The notes beneath the pieces were generated by a model, which was given only the letters and a program-made list of their open reading frames with translations, was not told the DNA's origin and did no database searches. A stretch of 64,000 bases of DNA from assembly GCA_041675905.1 (NCBI GenBank), contig JBAYSX010000014.1:7485-71484 (forward strand), written 5' to 3'. The position numbers and the translations under genes are program-made. Positions within the stretch are counted from its first letter, which is position 1; each line of letters starts with the position of its first letter. This DNA is from Sphingomonadaceae bacterium. Lineage in GTDB: Bacteria; Pseudomonadota; Alphaproteobacteria; Sphingomonadales; Sphingomonadaceae. Positions 59,732 through 64,000 of the stretch are shown in pieces.

Positions 59732-59944
59732 ATGGCGCAAGGGCAGATACTCTGGTTCGACGCAGCGCGCGGCTTCGGTTTCATCCGTCCTGATCTGGGG
59801 CCGCGCGACGTGTTCGTGCATGTCTCCGCGCTGGCGGAAACCGGCGTCAACGAATTACGCCCCGGCGCAAAGGTCGAGTTCGAACTTCTGCAGGACCGCT
59901 CGGGAAGACTCACCGCGCACCGTGTTCTGCCGGCAAAACGCTAG
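59732..59944 (+). CDS. Cold-shock domain protein
   Basis: GQILWFDAARGFGFI (RNP1), DVFVHVSAL (RNP2); CAGGAG RBS. Confidence 0.9.
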   Translation: MAQGQILWFDAARGFGFIRPDLGPRDVFVHVSALAETGVNELRPGAKVEFELLQDRSGRLTAHRVLPAKR

Positions 59945-59962
59945 GGCGGCCATAACCGGCCG

Positions 59963-60817
59963 TTACACCAGTTCGCGCTTGAACAACGCCGTCATGACGC
60001 TCCAGCCGCGTTCGGCCTGTTCCGGATTATATGCATCGCTGTCGGGCACCATCCAGCCATGAAGGGTTCCGGGATACACCTCGATGCTGGCCAGACGGTC
60101 CGCGGTGTCAAACGCCTGCCGCAGCGCCCCTTTCGCATCCGGTTCTTTCGCGTCGTCATCGGCAGCGATGGCGATATGATAGGCGGCGGCGGTGCCGCCA
60201 ACCAGCCGGTGCGGGCTGCTGGTGTCTTCGGTGACGAGTCGGCCGCCATGAAAGGATATGACCGCACCCGTCCGCGCCGGCTTCGCGGCAGCCGTGCGGA
60301 TCGCCATTGCGCCGCCCATGCAAAAGCCGACGGTCCCCATGCGCGCCTTGTTGTCGACTTCCGGCTGCGTATCGAGAAAATCGACCAGTGCAGAGGCGTC
60401 CGTCATGACCTTTTCGTGGTCGAGCGCGGCGATCATCCCCATCAATTGCGCGCGGTCTTCGGGGTTGTCGAAGCTGAAGCCGGGCGCAAGGACCGGTGCC
60501 GGCCGCAGGCGGTAGAACTGGTTGATCACAATCACCGCATAGCCATTGCCGGCCAGTCGCGCGCCCATGTCCGTCATAACCGGTCGCAGACCAAAAGCAT
60601 CGGGATAGAAAATGACGCCCGGGCTGCGGCGCTTGCCGTCGGGCGCGATCAGCACGGCGTCCATTACGCCATCGTCTGTCCGCACCTGCACATCCCGCCG
60701 CGTAACGGGCGTTGCGGCGCCCGCCTTGCCGGCGCTGACTGCAACACCGGCGGCAATTGTCGACATGGTAAAATTCCGCCGCGAAATCCGGCCTTGCGAT
60801 GGTCTGTCTCCGATCAT
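59963..60817 (-). CDS. Dienelactone hydrolase family protein with Tat signal
   Basis: SRRNFT twin-Arg; YPDAFGLRP, GFCMGG (Cys nucleophile), SFHGG, YPGTLHGW. Confidence 0.85.
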   Translation of the reverse strand: MIGDRPSQGRISRRNFTMSTIAAGVAVSAGKAGAATPVTRRDVQVRTDDGVMDAVLIAPDGKRRSPGVIFYPDAFGLRPVMTDMGARLAGNGYAVIVINQFYRLRPAPVLAPGFSFDNPEDRAQLMGMIAALDHEKVMTDASALVDFLDTQPEVDNKARMGTVGFCMGGAMAIRTAAAKPARTGAVISFHGGRLVTEDTSSPHRLVGGTAAAYHIAIAADDDAKEPDAKGALRQAFDTADRLASIEVYPGTLHGWMVPDSDAYNPEQAERGWSVMTALFKRELV

Positions 60818-60974
60818 ACCCACGCCCTCCCGCTGCTGTTTGACGCCGAACATGCCCCATCCTCCATGAAAATGTCATGCGAAAAAACGTGGCTCCCGTG
60901 TCCTGGCCCTTGGCCTCGCCGCCTTATCGCGTCTAGACCGCAGCTCTCGATCTTCGTGAAACAGGGAAAAGTCG

Positions 60975-62276
60975 ATGCTGCAACGGCTGCGTAGTGTATC
61001 CCTTCAGGTCCAGCTGCTCATTGGCTTTATCCTCGGCCTGGCCGGCGGTTTGCTCGTCAATCTGACGACAGGTGTGGATACCGGCTGGGTGATCTGGGTG
61101 ACGGCGAACATCACCGGGCCCGTGGGCCAGATCTTCCTGCGGCTGCTGTTCATGCTGGTGCTGCCGCTGCTGTTTTCGGCGCTGGTCGTCGGCGTTGCGG
61201 AAATGGGCGATCTGAAACTGCTGGGCCGCGCCGGCGGCCGCACCTTGCTGTTGACGCTGGTGATTTCCGGCATTGCCGTTCTGATCGGCATGGTGCTGGT
61301 CAATCTGTTGCGGCCGGGGGCCGGCGTCGATCCGGCGCTGGCGCGATCGCTGCTGGCGCAAGGGGCGGACGGCGCCAGCTCGATCGTCAGCAGTGCGCCT
61401 GAAGGTTTGCTGGCGGAAGGCAATTTTCTCGTTGGCCTGATCCCGCCCAATGTGTTCGCCGCTGCGGCCAGCAATGAAATACTGATGGTGATGGTGTTCG
61501 CGCTGTTCTTCGGCATCGGCCTTGTGATGGTGCAAAGCCCGGCGACGGACAGATTGCAGGAAGTCATCCAGGGGCTGTTCGAAGTGATGATGGCGCTGAT
61601 CCATCTGGTGATCCGGCTGGCGCCGCTGGCGGTCGCCTGCCTGATGTTTAACCTGGCGGCGCTGTTCGGATGGGATTTGCTGTTGCGGCTGGGCGCCTTT
61701 GTCGGCGTCGTGCTGCTGGCGATGGCGCTGCATATGTTCGTGGTTTATCCGCTGGTGATCCGGTTTCTGGCGCGCCGGTCGCCCGTTCAGTTTTTCAAGG
61801 CATCGCGCGGGGCCATTGTTGTAGCTTTCGCCACATCCTCTTCGAATGCGACGCTGCCGGTGTCGCTGAAAGTGGCGGAAGATAATCTTGGACTGCCAAA
61901 ACGGATCGCCCGTTTCGTGCTGACCGTCGGGGCGACCGCCAACCAGAATGGCACGGCGCTGTTCGAAGGTGTGACCGTCCTGTTTCTGGCCCAGTTTTTC
62001 GGTGTCGATCTCACATTCGGACAACAGGTGGTGGTAATGGGAGTGTGCATCCTCGGCGGAGTCGGCACGGCGGGTGTGCCGGCGGGTTCGCTGCCGGTGA
62101 TCGCGATGATCCTGGCGATGGTCGGCGTTCCGCCGGAAGGCATTGGTCTCGTGCTCGGCGTGGATCGCTTCCTCGATATGTGCCGCACGGCATTGAACGT
62201 GACGGGAGATCTTGTCATCGCAACCGTGGTCGCCAATGGCGAAGCAGATGAGGCCCTCGCAGTTTCGAGGGGTTGA
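60975..62276 (+). CDS. Dicarboxylate/amino acid:cation symporter (DAACS)
   Basis: FLRLLFMLVLPL, AFATSSSNATLP, GATANQNGTAL, LGVDRFLDMCRTALNVTGD. Confidence 0.92.
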   Translation: MLQRLRSVSLQVQLLIGFILGLAGGLLVNLTTGVDTGWVIWVTANITGPVGQIFLRLLFMLVLPLLFSALVVGVAEMGDLKLLGRAGGRTLLLTLVISGIAVLIGMVLVNLLRPGAGVDPALARSLLAQGADGASSIVSSAPEGLLAEGNFLVGLIPPNVFAAAASNEILMVMVFALFFGIGLVMVQSPATDRLQEVIQGLFEVMMALIHLVIRLAPLAVACLMFNLAALFGWDLLLRLGAFVGVVLLAMALHMFVVYPLVIRFLARRSPVQFFKASRGAIVVAFATSSSNATLPVSLKVAEDNLGLPKRIARFVLTVGATANQNGTALFEGVTVLFLAQFFGVDLTFGQQVVVMGVCILGGVGTAGVPAGSLPVIAMILAMVGVPPEGIGLVLGVDRFLDMCRTALNVTGDLVIATVVANGEADEALAVSRG

Positions 62277-62339
62277 TTCACGCCGTTGGCAGGGGCAAGG
62301 ACTGCCGCGAGCAAGCGCAATGGCTTACGGAGACATAAA

Positions 62340-63089
62340 ATGAAACTGCTTGTCGCAGTAAAGCGGGTAATCGATTATAACGTAAAACCACGGGTAAAGG
62401 CAGATGGCACAGGTGTCGATCTGGCCAACGTCAAGATGTCGATGAACCCGTTCGATGAAATCGCTGTCGAAGAAGCAATCCGCCTGAAAGAAAAGGGCGC
62501 GGCCAGCGAGATCGTCGTTGTATCCATCGGGCAGGCGAAGGCGCAGGAAACCTTGCGCACCGCGCTCGCCATGGGTGCGGACCGCGCGATTTTGATCCAG
62601 ACCGATGAAATCGTCGAGCCGCTCGCCGTCGCCAAATTGCTGGCGAAGGTTGTGGCCGAAGAAGAGCCGGGCCTGGTGATCCTCGGCAAGCAGGCGATCG
62701 ACGACGACTCGAACCAGACCGGCCAGATGCTGGCGGCGCTGCTCGACTGGCCGCAAGGTACTTTTGCGTCCGCGGTGAATGTGGTCGATGGCGGTGTCGA
62801 AGTAACGCGTGAAGTCGATGGCGGACTGGAAACGGTGAAGCTGGACGGTCCGGCGATCGTCACCACCGATTTGCGCCTGAACGAGCCGCGCTATGCGTCG
62901 CTGCCCAACATCATGAAGGCGAAATCCAAGCCGCTGGCGACGAAAGCCCCGGCAGATTATGGCGTCGATATCACGCCGCGTCTGGAAACATTGAAAGTGA
63001 CCGAGCCGCCGAAGCGGCAGGCCGGCATCAAGGTGGCCAGTGTCGATGAGCTGGTCGAGAAGCTGAAGGCGCTGGGAGTAGCAGCATGA
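62340..63089 (+). CDS. etfB: Electron transfer flavoprotein beta subunit
   Basis: [49 protein letters not shown]. Confidence 0.96.
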   Translation: MKLLVAVKRVIDYNVKPRVKADGTGVDLANVKMSMNPFDEIAVEEAIRLKEKGAASEIVVVSIGQAKAQETLRTALAMGADRAILIQTDEIVEPLAVAKLLAKVVAEEEPGLVILGKQAIDDDSNQTGQMLAALLDWPQGTFASAVNVVDGGVEVTREVDGGLETVKLDGPAIVTTDLRLNEPRYASLPNIMKAKSKPLATKAPADYGVDITPRLETLKVTEPPKRQAGIKVASVDELVEKLKALGVAA

Positions 63090-64000
63090 AGATACTGGTA
63101 TGGGTAGAGCATGAAGGCGGCGCCCTGAAGGACGCCACCCTCTCGGCGGTGACGGCGGCGGGTCAACTGGGCGAAGTGCATCTGCTGGTGGCCGGACAGG
63201 ATGTCGGCGGTGTGGCCACGGCGGCGGCGGCGATTGCCGGTGCGGTGAAGGTGCATGTGGCCGATGATGCGGCCTATGCACATGCGCTGCCGGAAAATAT
63301 CGCACCGCTGGTGGCGGGTCTGCTGGCGACGCACGATGCGTTCGTCGCTCCGGCCACGTCCAACGGCAAGAATATCGCCCCGCGCGTCGCGGCGCTCGCC
63401 GATGTGGCGCAGATCTCGGACATTCTCAGCGTCGAAGGTCCGGACACCTTTACCCGTCCGACCTATGCCGGCAATGCGATTGCAACCGTGCGCTCGAAGG
63501 ATGCGAAAAAGGTCATCACCGTCCGCGGCACCGCCTTCGCCAAGGCGGCGGCAACTGGCGGCAGCGCCAGCATCGAGCCGGTGTCGGCGGAAGGCAGCGC
63601 GGATCGCGGCAAATCCAGCTTCGTAAAGGCGGAACTGGCGAAATCCGAGCGTCCGGAACTCACCAGCGCGAAAGTGATCGTGTCGGGTGGCCGGGCGCTG
63701 AAGGACGCCGATACCTTTGCCGAATATATCCTGCCGCTGGCCGACAAGCTGGGCGCAGCCGTTGGCGCCAGCCGCGCGGCGGTCGATGCGGGCTTCGTGC
63801 CCAATGATTATCAGGTCGGGCAGACCGGCAAGATTGTCGCCCCGGAAGTCTATGTTGCGGTCGGTATTTCCGGCGCCATCCAGCATCTGGCCGGCATGAA
63901 GGATTCGAAGACAATCATCGCCATCAACAAGGATGAGGATGCACCGATCTTCCAGGTAGCTGACGTGGGCCTCGTCGGCGATCTGTTCACTGTCCTGCCC
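63086..64000 (+). CDS. etfA: Electron transfer flavoprotein alpha subunit (runs off the right edge)
   Basis: ATG 63086 overlaps the etfB stop; [48 protein letters not shown]. Confidence 0.95.
   Translation, partial: MKILVWVEHEGGALKDATLSAVTAAGQLGEVHLLVAGQDVGGVATAAAAIAGAVKVHVADDAAYAHALPENIAPLVAGLLATHDAFVAPATSNGKNIAPRVAALADVAQISDILSVEGPDTFTRPTYAGNAIATVRSKDAKKVITVRGTAFAKAAATGGSASIEPVSAEGSADRGKSSFVKAELAKSERPELTSAKVIVSGGRALKDADTFAEYILPLADKLGAAVGASRAAVDAGFVPNDYQVGQTGKIVAPEVYVAVGISGAIQHLAGMKDSKTIIAINKDEDAPIFQVADVGLVGDLFTVLP

Overview
High-GC alphaproteobacterial chromosome segment, most likely Sphingomonadales (inferred from gene order and protein style, not from a database search). The left ~37.8 kb is an accessory mosaic of five parts. 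(i) A sulfide-detoxification cluster: pdo, two yeeE/yedE, a DUF442-SQR fusion and sulP, with a divergent hemerythrin gene. (ii) A TetR-ybhG/F/S/R-like ABC efflux operon with an outer-membrane factor. (iii) An acyl-CoA catabolic island: two LysR genes, a nitronate monooxygenase-like gene, one intact and one decayed TonB-dependent receptor, an ADP-forming CoA ligase, a crotonase, a thiolase-like protein, an MFS transporter and a fused double acyl-CoA dehydrogenase. (iv) A complete N-type ATPase operon atpDCQRBEFAG followed by yggS. (v) An alkaline phosphatase and a SnoaL-like gene. The right part is mostly origin-proximal core genome: mnmE-mnmG-rsmG-parA-parB with two perfect parS palindromes, dksA, comM/yifB, ppc, a DUF937-OmpA-like gene, fpr, nrdA/nrdB, SRP RNA (ffs), rpoH, rluD, a JAB protein, csp, a Tat-signal dienelactone hydrolase, a DAACS symporter and etfB/etfA. 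It also holds two small AT-richer islets: phyH/ridA, and a TylF-like methyltransferase broken by an in-frame TGA. I saw no integrase, transposase, tRNA, rRNA or CRISPR array. The most novel-looking items are the catabolic operon lacking a hydroxyacyl-CoA dehydrogenase (possible retro-aldol pathway), the N-ATPase with a variant c subunit and linked yggS, and a multi-hairpin RNA candidate upstream of dksA. None can be proven novel without searches.
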